From assembly GCA_026399875.1 (NCBI GenBank), contig JAPLQF010000006.1, positions 9,549 to 73,548 on the forward strand: a DNA stretch of 64,000 bases, written 5' to 3'. The stretch's first letter is position 1; every line of letters starts with the position of its first letter. Position numbers and translations under genes: made by a program. This DNA comes from Burkholderiales bacterium. GTDB lineage: Bacteria; Pseudomonadota; Gammaproteobacteria; Burkholderiales; Burkholderiaceae_E. Below the pieces are notes generated by a model, which saw only the letters and a list, made by a program, of their open reading frames with translations, was not told the DNA's origin and ran no database searches. Shown here one piece after another: positions 21,800 to 32,428 of this stretch.

Positions 21800-23005
21800 A
21801 TGGCACCGACCCGCGCACATGCACATCTGCTCAATCTCGCGCATCTGCTTGACCATTTCTTCCTGCTGATCTTTCCGACTGCAATGCTCGCCATCTCGCA
21901 GGAATGGCAACTGAGCTTTTCGCAGCTGCTGCCCCTGTCGCTGCCGGCGATGGCGATCTTCGGCCTGGGTGCGCTGCCGGCCGGCTGGCTCGCCGACCGC
22001 TGGAGCCGTCGCGGCATGATGGCGGTGTTCTTCTTTGGAATTGGTGCGGCATCGGTGTTGGCCGGCCTGTCGCAAAACGCCTGGCAGCTCGGCACCACGC
22101 TCGCGCTGATCGGTCTTTTCGCCTCGATCTATCACCCGGTGGGCATCGCCATGCTCTCCATCGGCAGCCCGCGCCTGGGCTGGACCCTGGGTGTCAACGG
22201 CGTCTGGGGCAACCTCGGTCTGGGCATGGCCGCCCTGGTCACCGGCCTGGTTGTGCAGCACTTCGGATGGCGTGCGGCCTTCATTGCACCCGGCATCGTC
22301 ATGATGGCGCTGGGGTTTGCCTATCTCGCGGTCAGCCAGGGGGCAAGCAATGCCACCGCTGCCAAGAAGAGCGCAAGTGTGGTGGTGCCGCCCGATGTGA
22401 TGAAGCGGCTGGTCGTGGTGTTTCTGCTGGCAGTGGTCTGCAACGGCCTGCTCTTTCATGCCACCACGGTGTCAATGCCCAAGCTCTTCGATGAGCGGCT
22501 GCGCGGCGTGCTCTCGGGTGAGGCAGGGCTGGGCGCGATCGGCGCAATCATTGCGGTGGTCTATCTGATCGCCGCCATGGCACAGCTTCTGGTCGGTGCC
22601 CTGATAGACCGGGTGCCACTGCGCACCGCCTTGCTCGGTGTGGTCGCACTTCAAGCGCCGTTGTTTCTGCTGGCAATCTCGGGCAGCGGCTGGGGTCTGG
22701 TGGCCGCCTGCATCGCGATCATGTTCTTCGTCTTCGGACAAATCCCGATCAACGATGCGATGGTGGCGCGCTATACCAGCGATCGCTGGCGTGCCCGTGC
22801 CTACGGACTGCGCTATGTGGCGAGTTTTCTGGGCAGCGCTGGCGCGGTCACGCTGGTCTCGAGCCTGCATGCGCAAGGCGGCTTCTCGAAGGTGTTCGTC
22901 GCCCTGGCCATCGTGGCACTGGGCGCTCTGGTCTCGGCCATCCTGTTGCCGCGAATTGGCGAACCCGCTGCTGCAGCCCGCCCGGCGACCGGCGTCGCCT
23001 CGTAA
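21800..23005 (+). CDS. MFS transporter
   Basis: Twelve hydrophobic segments with WLADRWSRRG and TSDRWRARAYG loop motifs. Confidence 0.75.
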   Translation: MAPTRAHAHLLNLAHLLDHFFLLIFPTAMLAISQEWQLSFSQLLPLSLPAMAIFGLGALPAGWLADRWSRRGMMAVFFFGIGAASVLAGLSQNAWQLGTTLALIGLFASIYHPVGIAMLSIGSPRLGWTLGVNGVWGNLGLGMAALVTGLVVQHFGWRAAFIAPGIVMMALGFAYLAVSQGASNATAAKKSASVVVPPDVMKRLVVVFLLAVVCNGLLFHATTVSMPKLFDERLRGVLSGEAGLGAIGAIIAVVYLIAAMAQLLVGALIDRVPLRTALLGVVALQAPLFLLAISGSGWGLVAACIAIMFFVFGQIPINDAMVARYTSDRWRARAYGLRYVASFLGSAGAVTLVSSLHAQGGFSKVFVALAIVALGALVSAILLPRIGEPAAAARPATGVAS

Positions 23006-23013
23006 AGCCGCCC

Positions 23014-24312
23014 TCAGATTCCCAGGCTGTTGACCCAGTCGGTCGCCTGCATCTGGGCAAGATTCAATGCCTTGGGCGGGATATCAAGTTGCTTGCACAG
23101 CGCAGCGACACCCGCGAGCGACGGATCTTCACACGCCTCGGCCAGTTGCAGATAGGGCCCGAAATCACCGCCTCGCGTCAGCAGGCCTTCTGTTACGGCC
23201 GCCGGCAGCTCCAGATCCGCCAGTGCTTCATTCATCGGCAGCATCAGCATCGCCGGCAGCAGCGAGAAAGTGCCGGCGATAAAAAGGTTGTCGCGTTGCC
23301 CGATATCGAAACGATTTTCGCCAAGCAGCTCGATGAGCCGCCCGCGGGTGATCGCGGTGCGGGCGAGCACCTGCGCAGTCGGATCCTTGCTGTCGGAAGT
23401 TGCCAGCAGCAGCGTGAGCCAGCGGGCGAGCTTGTTGTAGCCCAGCAGGCTGATCGCATGCTTGAGCGAATCGATGCGGGTCGACAGGCCCATTCCGGCC
23501 GAATTCATGTATCGGATAAGCTTGACCGACAGCGCGACATCGCGCTTGAGGGCATTGTCGACATCCATGACATCGGCATTTCGCAGCAGCAGGCGGATCG
23601 CCTGAAACACCGCCGCGCGTGACGGCTCGAGCCGTTTTGCCGACAGCGTTTCAGGCCGCGCGAAATAAAAGCCCTGCAGGCAATCGAAGCCAAGCGCCAG
23701 GCAGGCGGTGGCCTGCTCGCGGGTCTCGAGCTTTTCAGCCACCAGCACTCGGCGACCGGACACACTCTTGAGCAGCTTGGCCACCACTGGCAGCTTGTCC
23801 ATCGTGACACGCAGCAGGTCGACCTTGGCATGAGTGGCGAGCGCAAACACCGGTTGCCGCAAAATCGCAGGCGAATTGACGGTCACCGACACACCGTAGC
23901 CCAGTCGACGCAGCTCGGTGATCCGCGACAGACAGGCTTCGTCAAACTCGGTTTCGGCGCTGAATTCCAGCACCGTGCGTTTCGGATCGAGCAGCAGGAT
24001 CGGTGAGCTGTCCCCGATCGTACCGGGTGCCACATTCACGAATCCGTATTTGCCGCCAAGCACCTGCTCCGGACCGATGTCCTGAAGCAGCGACGCAATC
24101 ACCATCAGACTGGCATTGTCGCCGTCGTCGAACTGCGCATCGGTCGACTGGGCGTTGGCCCGGTAAAGCAGCTCGTAGCCGATCAGCTGCTGATTGCGAT
24201 CGAGAATCGGCTGGCGACCGAGAAAGGCCTCAGGCTCGATGATTGGCGCCGGAATGGTCGGGTCGGCGAGGTCTGCTGGTTGCGAAGACGACTGCGCGGT
24301 ATCAGGGCTCAT
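23014..24312 (-). CDS. EAL-HDOD domain protein (EAL apparently degenerate)
   Basis: FLGRQPILDRNQQLIGYELLYR, KVDLLRV, AEKLETREQ and LQGFYFARPE, then an HDOD-like region (LIRYMNSAGMG..LKHAISLLGY). Reads LRRLGYGVSVT where DDFG is expected. The start ATG overlaps the upstream stop. Confidence 0.8.
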   Translation of the reverse strand: MSPDTAQSSSQPADLADPTIPAPIIEPEAFLGRQPILDRNQQLIGYELLYRANAQSTDAQFDDGDNASLMVIASLLQDIGPEQVLGGKYGFVNVAPGTIGDSSPILLLDPKRTVLEFSAETEFDEACLSRITELRRLGYGVSVTVNSPAILRQPVFALATHAKVDLLRVTMDKLPVVAKLLKSVSGRRVLVAEKLETREQATACLALGFDCLQGFYFARPETLSAKRLEPSRAAVFQAIRLLLRNADVMDVDNALKRDVALSVKLIRYMNSAGMGLSTRIDSLKHAISLLGYNKLARWLTLLLATSDSKDPTAQVLARTAITRGRLIELLGENRFDIGQRDNLFIAGTFSLLPAMLMLPMNEALADLELPAAVTEGLLTRGGDFGPYLQLAEACEDPSLAGVAALCKQLDIPPKALNLAQMQATDWVNSLGI

Positions 24313-25538
24313 ACCAGCGCAGCCTCCTGGAGCGCTGCGCTGGCCGTGGTCCGGGCCCGCACCAGCGCGCGGCTCGATATCAGGAGCTCGGCACACAGCA
24401 TCTCGATTCGGTCGGAGTCGTCGGCTTCGAGTGCTTCGACCAGCTCGAGCAGACGGCCGAACCGGCCCTCACGGGTGGTGAGTGCATCGACGACCGCATC
24501 GGGCAGGGCCACGGTGCGAATCGACTCGGCCATGGTCTGCATCAGCATCGACGGCAGGACCGAAAAAGCGCCCACGAGAAACAGGTTGTCGCAATCCGTG
24601 CCGTTGAAGTAGTCGGCGCCGACCATCTCGAGCATGCGCCCACGCATCACCGCCACGTCAATCAGTCGCTCGGCAGCGGGTGACGGCTCTTCGACCGTGG
24701 CCTGAAGCAATTGAATCCAGCGGGCGAGCCGGCGGTTGCCCACCAGTTCGAGCGCATGACGCAGCGACTCGACTTCGATCAGCAGACCGAAATTGGACGC
24801 GGCGGTGTAGCGCAACAGCCGCCAGCACAGCGCGATGTCATGCTTGAACGTCGCCTCGATGGCCTCAAGGCTGGCGTTGGCGGCGAGCTGCTCGAGAACC
24901 CGGGCCAGCACGGCATGGCGAACGCCGAGTTTGACGCTGCCCATGACCTCGGGTCGTCCGACATGCCAGCCTTGCAGACCATGGAATCCGAGTTCGATAC
25001 AGCGCCGGGCCTGGGCCGGTGTCTCGACTTTCTCGGCAATCAGGGTGTGTGCACCGTAGCGCAGATTCACCACGAAAACATCGAGCAGACTGTCATCGAC
25101 ACGACTCAGATCAACCTTCAGATGCGTGGCAATCTCCAGCCACGGAGCCAGCGAATCCATCGGCGGGACCGCGGTGACCGAGATGCCGAAGCCGTCCTGG
25201 CGCAGGGCACGCAGGCGCTGAATCGTCGAGTCATCCAGAATGACCGAGGGCGAGAGTTCGAGGACGGTGAGCCGCGGCGTCAGCAGGCTCAGGGCGCCGG
25301 TCTGATGCAAGGCGCCAGACCCGATATTGACGAAGGCGGTACGTCCTGCAAGCACCTGTGCATGACCCAGATCGTGCAAAAGGGTCGACAAGACGCTCAG
25401 GCTGGCGCTGTCTTCGTCCTGAAAGCAGGCTTGATCCTCAGCACCGGAGGTTCGGTACAACAGTTCGTAGCCCATGAGTCGACCATCACGGTCGATGATC
25501 GGCTGACGGCCCAGAAAAGCTTGCGGTTGTTCAGACAT
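24309..25538 (-). CDS. EAL-HDOD domain protein (paralog, EAL apparently degenerate)
   Basis: FLGRQPIIDRDGRLMGYELLYR, KVDLSRV, AEKVETPAQ and LQGWHVGRPE, then HDOD (LLRYTAASNFG..LRHALELVGN). Reads LRQDGFGISVT where DDFG is expected. Confidence 0.8.
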   Translation of the reverse strand: MSEQPQAFLGRQPIIDRDGRLMGYELLYRTSGAEDQACFQDEDSASLSVLSTLLHDLGHAQVLAGRTAFVNIGSGALHQTGALSLLTPRLTVLELSPSVILDDSTIQRLRALRQDGFGISVTAVPPMDSLAPWLEIATHLKVDLSRVDDSLLDVFVVNLRYGAHTLIAEKVETPAQARRCIELGFHGLQGWHVGRPEVMGSVKLGVRHAVLARVLEQLAANASLEAIEATFKHDIALCWRLLRYTAASNFGLLIEVESLRHALELVGNRRLARWIQLLQATVEEPSPAAERLIDVAVMRGRMLEMVGADYFNGTDCDNLFLVGAFSVLPSMLMQTMAESIRTVALPDAVVDALTTREGRFGRLLELVEALEADDSDRIEMLCAELLISSRALVRARTTASAALQEAALV

Positions 25539-25723
25539 GGTCGCGACTCTTGAGAATCAGTCGGACCATTATCGCGACCGGTCGCCGCGATACCGTGACC
25601 TGATTCGGCGGCGCGGACCGGCGGCGCGTCGAGTCCGCCGGACGGCGTTTTTCCCGCTCAAGTCAGGTACATTCGCGCCGTAATGCGTTCACGAAGTGCC
25701 ACACTTGAGCCCGGTGATCCGCA

Positions 25724-26575
25724 TCAGAAGATGCTTTCGCGAATGAAGATCAGGTCATCGGGGCGGATCGGGTCGTCAAGCCTGGGCTCGATGGCATCCA
25801 GTTTTCCATCGGACTTGCGGCGACTCACGCGCACCCCCTTGTCGGTTCCGCGAAGGGTCAGGCCGCCGCCCTTGGCGATTGCCTGAGCGACGGTCATGCC
25901 GCGATCGACGCCATACATCCCCGGGCGCTGGACCTGGCCATAGATGTAGTACTGAGGCGCGCGACTGACATAGATCACATCGCCTGCATGCATCTGCGGG
26001 TCTTTCGAGCGGTTGCCGGACGCAAACATGTCGACCATGTCGATCTCGATCCGAGTCTCGTTTCCATTGCGGGTGGTGACCAGCACCACTTCGTCGGCAC
26101 CGGCCGCGGTCACGCCTCCGGCCAGCGAGAGCACTTCGGACAAACGCATGCCGGTGGTTTCGAGCGGATATCGCCCTGGCCGGGTCACATTGCCCAGTAC
26201 CGAGACCTGCTGGCTGCGAAAGGTCGTGATGTTGACCGTCACCTGAGGGTTCTGCAGAAATTTGCCCTCGCGCAGTCGCTGCGCGATCAGCTTTTCAATA
26301 TCGGTGCTCGACATTCCACCGATACGAACCGGCCCGAGCAGCGGGTAAGAGATCACGCCGGCCTCGGACACCCGGGCGTCAACCGTCAGCTCGGGGCTCT
26401 GGAAAACCTGTATCCGAATCGCGTCGCCAGCCCCCAGAACATAATCGTCACGAGGCGCTTGCGCCTCAGCCTGCTGGGCACGGGCAGGCGGCGGGCCGAG
26501 CGTGGCCAGACAGCCCACGGCAAACAGCAGTGTGGTGAAGCCTCGAAGCAGACTGAGCTTTGCAGAGCGTGCCAT
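25724..26575 (-). CDS. periplasmic polysaccharide export protein (Wza-like Poly_export + SLBB, short form)
   Basis: Signal peptide, then YVLGAGDAIRIQVF..ELTVDARVSEAGVISYPLLGPVRIGG and SLBB-like repeats. Start taken at MARSAKLS. Confidence 0.8.
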   Translation of the reverse strand: MARSAKLSLLRGFTTLLFAVGCLATLGPPPARAQQAEAQAPRDDYVLGAGDAIRIQVFQSPELTVDARVSEAGVISYPLLGPVRIGGMSSTDIEKLIAQRLREGKFLQNPQVTVNITTFRSQQVSVLGNVTRPGRYPLETTGMRLSEVLSLAGGVTAAGADEVVLVTTRNGNETRIEIDMVDMFASGNRSKDPQMHAGDVIYVSRAPQYYIYGQVQRPGMYGVDRGMTVAQAIAKGGGLTLRGTDKGVRVSRRKSDGKLDAIEPRLDDPIRPDDLIFIRESIF

Positions 26576-26600
26576 CTTGATCCTCCTGATTCCTGATTGG

Positions 26601-27824
26601 TCAGAACGATGCCCGCACGCCGATGCCGAACCAGTTGTCGGTGTAGGCGTACTGGTCGTAATTCGAGGTGCGGTCGATGCGCGCGGCATCAGCAAACAGG
26701 AAGATCCGTCTTGCGACTTCGTAGCTCAGACGCAGCCCGACCTCATTGATGTTGTCCTTGCGCACCGGCGTGCCATCGAGGACGAAGCCCGGATCGCCCT
26801 TGTAGCTGCGAGTGGCGACCGCGAGCACCGCATCGACACTGGTGCGGGCGCCGACCTGCCAGGTCGGCCGAAGCGCGATGCCCATCGCGTCGATATAGTT
26901 GGCCGTCGGCAGCGTCGCACTGTCGATCGTGCGAAAAACCGCCGCGCGCATCGTGACCGCCCCCGACAGGGGCCACACGAAGTCCAGGCCGCCTGTGACG
27001 CCCGAGAAATCACGCTGCGACACGTTTTCATAGCTTCGGCGGGTGTAGCCGATACTGCCGCTGATGCGACTGACATCGGTCGGTCGATAGGTGACGCGCA
27101 TCAGCGCCGCGTCCTGACGATAGGCGTTGTCGACCGATGCCGGCAGCAGATTGCCATTCGAATCGTAAACCTGCTGATTCGGATAGCTGCCATTCTCGTG
27201 GCGCCAGACAAAGTCGATTTCGGTCGCGCTGCCGGCTGCGGCTCGTCGTACGCCGAACTCGGCGCCGACCCGGTTGAAGTCCGACGCTGCCTGTGACGCC
27301 AGCGAGTTGGTGCCGACCGCATTGTCCACCGCACCGATCAGGGCCCAGTTCTGCGTCATGCGAAAACCGAACAGCGCGCGCCCGAACTGGACATTCTGAA
27401 GGTTGTTCTGACCGCCGGTGATGGCATCGAACGGCGTCTGGAACTGGGCGAAGCGCGCGGTCAGTTCGCCGAACAGCGGCCGCCCGACCTCCCATGCCCA
27501 GGCACCGCCAGCGGTGTAGCCGAGATAGTCGTAGCTGCTGAAGTTGACGTACTTGACCGGCTCCAGGGTGGCATACGCGGTGATGCGCTGCAGACTGATA
27601 TCGCGCTCGAAGCGCAGACCGAGCAGCGCTCGCACAACCGTGTCGCCGGCACCATCGGCCACCCGAAAGATGTTGCTGTGATGCTCGACCGCAGCGGCCG
27701 CATTGATGCTGAAAATGTCTTCGACCGGGATCGGGGCCGAGACCGGCTGCGCCAGACCATTGACGGCCGGAGCAAGCATTGAAAGGGCTGCGCTGAGTCG
27801 CCGGATGGATGCAATCGTCATCAT
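26601..27824 (-). CDS. outer-membrane beta-barrel protein (PEP-CTERM-locus-associated type)
   Basis: Signal peptide MMTIASIRRLSAALSMLAPAVNGLA, alternating beta-strand pattern and a terminal ...GIGVRASF (C-terminal Phe). Adjacent to the exporter. Confidence 0.65.
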   Translation of the reverse strand: MMTIASIRRLSAALSMLAPAVNGLAQPVSAPIPVEDIFSINAAAAVEHHSNIFRVADGAGDTVVRALLGLRFERDISLQRITAYATLEPVKYVNFSSYDYLGYTAGGAWAWEVGRPLFGELTARFAQFQTPFDAITGGQNNLQNVQFGRALFGFRMTQNWALIGAVDNAVGTNSLASQAASDFNRVGAEFGVRRAAAGSATEIDFVWRHENGSYPNQQVYDSNGNLLPASVDNAYRQDAALMRVTYRPTDVSRISGSIGYTRRSYENVSQRDFSGVTGGLDFVWPLSGAVTMRAAVFRTIDSATLPTANYIDAMGIALRPTWQVGARTSVDAVLAVATRSYKGDPGFVLDGTPVRKDNINEVGLRLSYEVARRIFLFADAARIDRTSNYDQYAYTDNWFGIGVRASF

Positions 27825-28363
27825 GGTCCTGTGGCGAAGGCCCCGACGAACGCTGAACTGCTGGTGGCGATCGCCGAAGCGGCTGGTAGGCAGACCCAAG
27901 CTAGCAGCTTCGGGTGGACAGACCAATCGGCCGAATCGGTTGCTCCGGGGAAATGTAAGCGCTTATTCACATCGAAAATTGAAGGCAGCACGCCGCACGG
28001 TAGCGACCGGGCCGCCCCACCGGGATCCGCTCGGGTGCTGGCTGTCCCGCCGGGACGCCTGCCGCTCGGCCGGATGGCGCACAGCGCGACGCGATCAAGC
28101 AGAGCGGTATGGGTGCTGCCCGTCCGACGCGGTCAGGCTCTGTTGTGCCCCGCTCAAGTCAGCCCGGGCTCCCACGGCACGGAGGGCTCGAATCGACAGT
28201 CCGCAAGCGATGTTCAGCATTGCGGGACGATGCCCGATCGGCGCAAGCTGATGGCAAGGGCCATCGATGCGGCTGGCAAGCCGACCGGATGATGCGTCGA
28301 CAACTCAGAAACTTTCATCTGACCCCGATTTATTCAATAAATGGAGTCGATTGGGAGGATCAA

Positions 28364-28393
28364 TTGGCACTCGTCGACGGTGAGTGCTAATAT
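28364..28393 (+). promoter_or_regulatory. candidate sigma70 promoter of rpoH (TTGGCA-N18-TGcTAATAT)
   Basis: -35 TTGGCA at 28364-28369 and an extended -10 TGCTAATAT at 28385-28393, about 40 nt upstream of the rpoH ATG. Confidence 0.45.
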
Positions 28394-28431
28394 TTTTCGA
28401 TCGGGGCTTTGCCCCAGGAAAGGAAGTCCGA

Positions 28432-29328
<897 letters not shown>

Positions 29329-29368
29329 AGCAGCCTGAGGACTCCTCGGGCGTGAATGACCGGCAGCG

Positions 29369-30397
29369 TTACCGGCGGTAGTAAGCCCGGTACCAGTCGA
29401 CGAAGCGCCGCACACCCTCGCGCACATCGGTGCGCGGCGCAAACCCCACCAGCGATGCCAGTTCGGATGTGTCGGCGAAAGTCGCCGGCACATCGCCTGG
29501 TTGCATGGGCAACAAGCGCTTGATGGCCTGAACGCCGGTGGCCGCCTCCATCGCACCGATGAAGTCGAGCAGCGCCACCGGCTCGGCATTGCCGATGTTG
29601 AAGACACGGTAGGGCCCCCGGCTGCTGGCCGGATCGGGATTGCCGGGATCGAAGTCCGGGTTGCCGCCCGGCGGATGATCAAGCACCCTCACCACCCCTT
29701 CGACGATGTCGTCGATATAGGTGAAGTCGCGTCGCATGTCGCCATGGTTGAAGACATCGATCGGGCGACCGGCGAGCATCGCATCGGCAAACAGAAAGGC
29801 CGCCATGTCGGGTCTGCCCCAGGGGCCGTAGACCGTAAAAAAGCGCAAACCGGTGGTCGGCAGCCGGAAAAGATGGCTGTAGGTATGCGCCATCAGTTCA
29901 TTGGCTTTCTTGGTCGCGGCATACAGACTCACCGGGTGGTCGACCGGATCGTGCTCGGAAAACGGCATCCGGGTGTTGCCGCCATACACGCTCGATGACG
30001 ATGCGTAGACCAGATGCTTCACCCCCGAGTGGCGACAGCCTTCCAGAATATTGACGAAGCCGACCAGATTGGAATCGGCATAGGCATGCGGGTTGGTGAT
30101 CGAGTAGCGCACCCCCGCCTGCGCGGCCAGATGCACCACGCGATCAAACCGGTGCTCATCGAAGAGCGCGGCCATGGCAGGTCTGTCGGCCAGATCGATT
30201 TTGCGAAAGGCAAAGCCCGCCTGCCCCTCAAGTCGAGCCAGTCGCGCCAGCTTGAGCGCCGGATCGTAATAATCGTTGAGATTGTCGATGCCGATCACCC
30301 GCGCACCCGAGGCCAGCAGACTGTCCGCGACATGCATGCCGATGAAGCCTGCAGCACCGGTCACCAGGATCGTCATCGGAGCCGACGCAGCAGTCAT
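29369..30397 (-). CDS. NAD-dependent sugar epimerase, UDP-glucuronate 4-epimerase-like
   Basis: [23 protein letters not shown] and YAATKKANE. Directly downstream of ugd. Confidence 0.75.
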   Translation of the reverse strand: MTAASAPMTILVTGAAGFIGMHVADSLLASGARVIGIDNLNDYYDPALKLARLARLEGQAGFAFRKIDLADRPAMAALFDEHRFDRVVHLAAQAGVRYSITNPHAYADSNLVGFVNILEGCRHSGVKHLVYASSSSVYGGNTRMPFSEHDPVDHPVSLYAATKKANELMAHTYSHLFRLPTTGLRFFTVYGPWGRPDMAAFLFADAMLAGRPIDVFNHGDMRRDFTYIDDIVEGVVRVLDHPPGGNPDFDPGNPDPASSRGPYRVFNIGNAEPVALLDFIGAMEAATGVQAIKRLLPMQPGDVPATFADTSELASLVGFAPRTDVREGVRRFVDWYRAYYRR

Positions 30398-30413
30398 GGC
30401 CCTGCTGCTCCGC

Positions 30414-31736
30414 TCAGGGACGACCGATGGAGATGTACTCGAGTCCGCTCGCGCGAGGCAGGGCCGGCGGATACATATTGCGACCGTCGATGATCACCGG
30501 TGATTTGATCGCCGCCTTGATCGCATCGAAATCAGGACTGCGGAACTCCTTCCATTCGGTGACGATCAACAGCGCATCGGCACCCTCGAGCGCCTGCATC
30601 GGATCGGTGCCATAGCTCAGCCCGGCACGGTCACCAATGGCCCGCTGGGCCTCATGAATGGCTACCGGATCGTAGGCGCAGACCGTGGCGCCACGTGCGA
30701 GCAGATCGTCGATCACGACCCGGCTCGGCGCCTCGCGCATGTCGTCGGTGTTGGGCTTGAACGCCAGGCCCCAGAGCGCGAAATGCTTGCCGCTCAGATC
30801 AGCGCCGAAACGGGCGACGACCTTCTCGACCAGCACATGCTTCTGGGCGTCATTGGCGGCCTCGACCGCATTGAGCACATGCATCGGCCGACCATGATCG
30901 GAGGCCGTCCGGATCAGCGCCTTGACGTCCTTGGGAAAGCACGAGCCGCCATAGCCCGCGCCCGAATAGAGAAAGTGATAGCCGATGCGCGGGTCGGATC
31001 CGATGCCCTGGCGCACCAGTTCGATATCGGCGCCGACCTGCTCGGCGAGCAGGGCCAGCTCGTTCATGAAGGAAATGCGGGTGGCCAGCATCGCGTTGGC
31101 GGCATATTTGGTCAGCTCGGCCGAGCGCACATCCATCACGACCAGCCGCTCGTGATTGCGCTGGAACGGCGCGTAGAGCGCCCTCATCAGGAAGATCGCC
31201 TGCTCGTCATCGGCGCCCACCACGATACGGTCGGGTCGCATGAAATCCTCGACTGCGGCGCCCTCCTTCAGAAACTCGGGATTCGAGACCACCGCATAGG
31301 GCACCTCGACGCCGCGCAGACGCAGCTCATCGGCAATCGCCTCACGGACCTTGTCAGCGGTACCGACCGGCACGGTTGATTTGTCGACCACGACCTTGTA
31401 GTCGGTCATGTGGCGTCCGACGTTGCGCGCGGCGGCCAGCACATATTGCAGATCGGCCGAGCCGTCTTCATCGGGCGGCGTGCCAACCGCGATGAACTGG
31501 ATCGTGCCGTGGTCGGCCGCCCGCTTGACGTCAAGCGTGAACTTCATTCGACCGGCCCCGACATTTCGCCGGACCATCTCTTGCAGTCCAGGCTCCCAGA
31601 TCGGGATTTCGCCCTGTTCGAGCATGCCGATCTTGCGCGGATCGACATCCAGACAGAGCACGTCGTTACCCATTTCGGCCAGGCAGGCGCCTGAAACCAG
31701 ACCGACATAGCCGGTCCCGATGACGGTGATTTTCAT
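30414..31736 (-). CDS. ugd: UDP-glucose 6-dehydrogenase
   Basis: [26 protein letters not shown] and the catalytic GGSCFPKDV. Confidence 0.92.
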   Translation of the reverse strand: MKITVIGTGYVGLVSGACLAEMGNDVLCLDVDPRKIGMLEQGEIPIWEPGLQEMVRRNVGAGRMKFTLDVKRAADHGTIQFIAVGTPPDEDGSADLQYVLAAARNVGRHMTDYKVVVDKSTVPVGTADKVREAIADELRLRGVEVPYAVVSNPEFLKEGAAVEDFMRPDRIVVGADDEQAIFLMRALYAPFQRNHERLVVMDVRSAELTKYAANAMLATRISFMNELALLAEQVGADIELVRQGIGSDPRIGYHFLYSGAGYGGSCFPKDVKALIRTASDHGRPMHVLNAVEAANDAQKHVLVEKVVARFGADLSGKHFALWGLAFKPNTDDMREAPSRVVIDDLLARGATVCAYDPVAIHEAQRAIGDRAGLSYGTDPMQALEGADALLIVTEWKEFRSPDFDAIKAAIKSPVIIDGRNMYPPALPRASGLEYISIGRP

Positions 31737-31903
31737 CCCGAGATTCTACCGTCTTGAGATGAAAGAACCGCGAAACCCTGACTGGGCCGGCTTGCCGCAG
31801 CGGATGCAAGGCACCTCGTGCGGCACGAAAGGCAGAGATGCCCTGCCGGATTCAGACAGTGACCAGGGTGGACGGGCGGGGGCCAAGCGCGTGGCGGCGC
31901 CGC

Positions 31904-32242
31904 TCAGGAAGGTCGGCGCGCCACGATCCAGGCAACGATCGCGAATCCGGCAAGCAGACCCGAACCCGAGGTCATCGCACCGGACGGTGCAGGAAACTCC
32001 GCACCGGGCGAACCCGCCGGGCGGGCCGGCAGCGGCGTCGCCACCGTCACTGCTTCGGCTGCGGCCGCGCTGACGACCGCCAGGACCGGATGCGGCATGA
32101 CCGACTGGGCGTCAGCCGCGGCCGTCATGAGAATCGTCGTGGTTCGCGGTGCAGACCCGGCATCGGCCAGGTCGCTCGCAGCGCCATGCGCCAACGGGCT
32201 CATCAGGGCAAACAGTACGGGCAGAGCAGGCAATCGCAGCAT
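31904..32242 (-). CDS. small secreted protein with PEP-CTERM-like C-terminal sorting signal (PAP variant)
   Basis: Signal peptide MLRLPALPVLFALMSPLAHG. The C-terminus FPAPSGAMTSGSGLLAGFAIVAWIVARRPS reads as a Pro motif, a TM helix and a basic cluster. Only the last 112 codons of the 322-aa ORF look coding. Confidence 0.4.
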   Translation of the reverse strand: MLRLPALPVLFALMSPLAHGAASDLADAGSAPRTTTILMTAAADAQSVMPHPVLAVVSAAAAEAVTVATPLPARPAGSPGAEFPAPSGAMTSGSGLLAGFAIVAWIVARRPS

Positions 32243-32428
32243 GACCGGTCCCCGGAAGTTCGATCGACACCCGCGTCGATCATGGTCAGGCAGACGCAAA
32301 CCGCGTGCCCGACCAGGCTGACCGGCCGATGTCGACCACTGCCCGCAGGTCGATGCAAAGCCTGCCGGGCACGCTCGTCGCATACCGGAAAAGCGTTGCA
32401 CTGACGACCCTGCGGAGGCTCGATTCTG

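Noticed and set aside
25568-25592. Imperfect palindrome TATCGCGACCGGTCGCCGCGATA between the exporter gene and the EAL-HDOD genes, considered as a terminator
   Set aside because: No T-tract follows on the transcribed (minus) strand and the stem is imperfect. There is not enough evidence to call a terminator or operator.
27831-28292. 153-aa plus-strand ORF in the OMP-rpoH spacer
   Set aside because: It has no RBS and no motif, and its composition resembles random GC-rich translation. It is kept as non-coding spacer (see the finding on 27825-28431).
28308-28338. SigmaE-type promoter (GAAACTT ... TCAAT) upstream of rpoH, by analogy with E. coli rpoH P3
   Set aside because: The spacer between the -35-like AAACTT and the nearest TCAAT/TCTGA-like element is about 19 nt or else far too short. 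The sigma70-type element at 28364-28393 is the better supported promoter.
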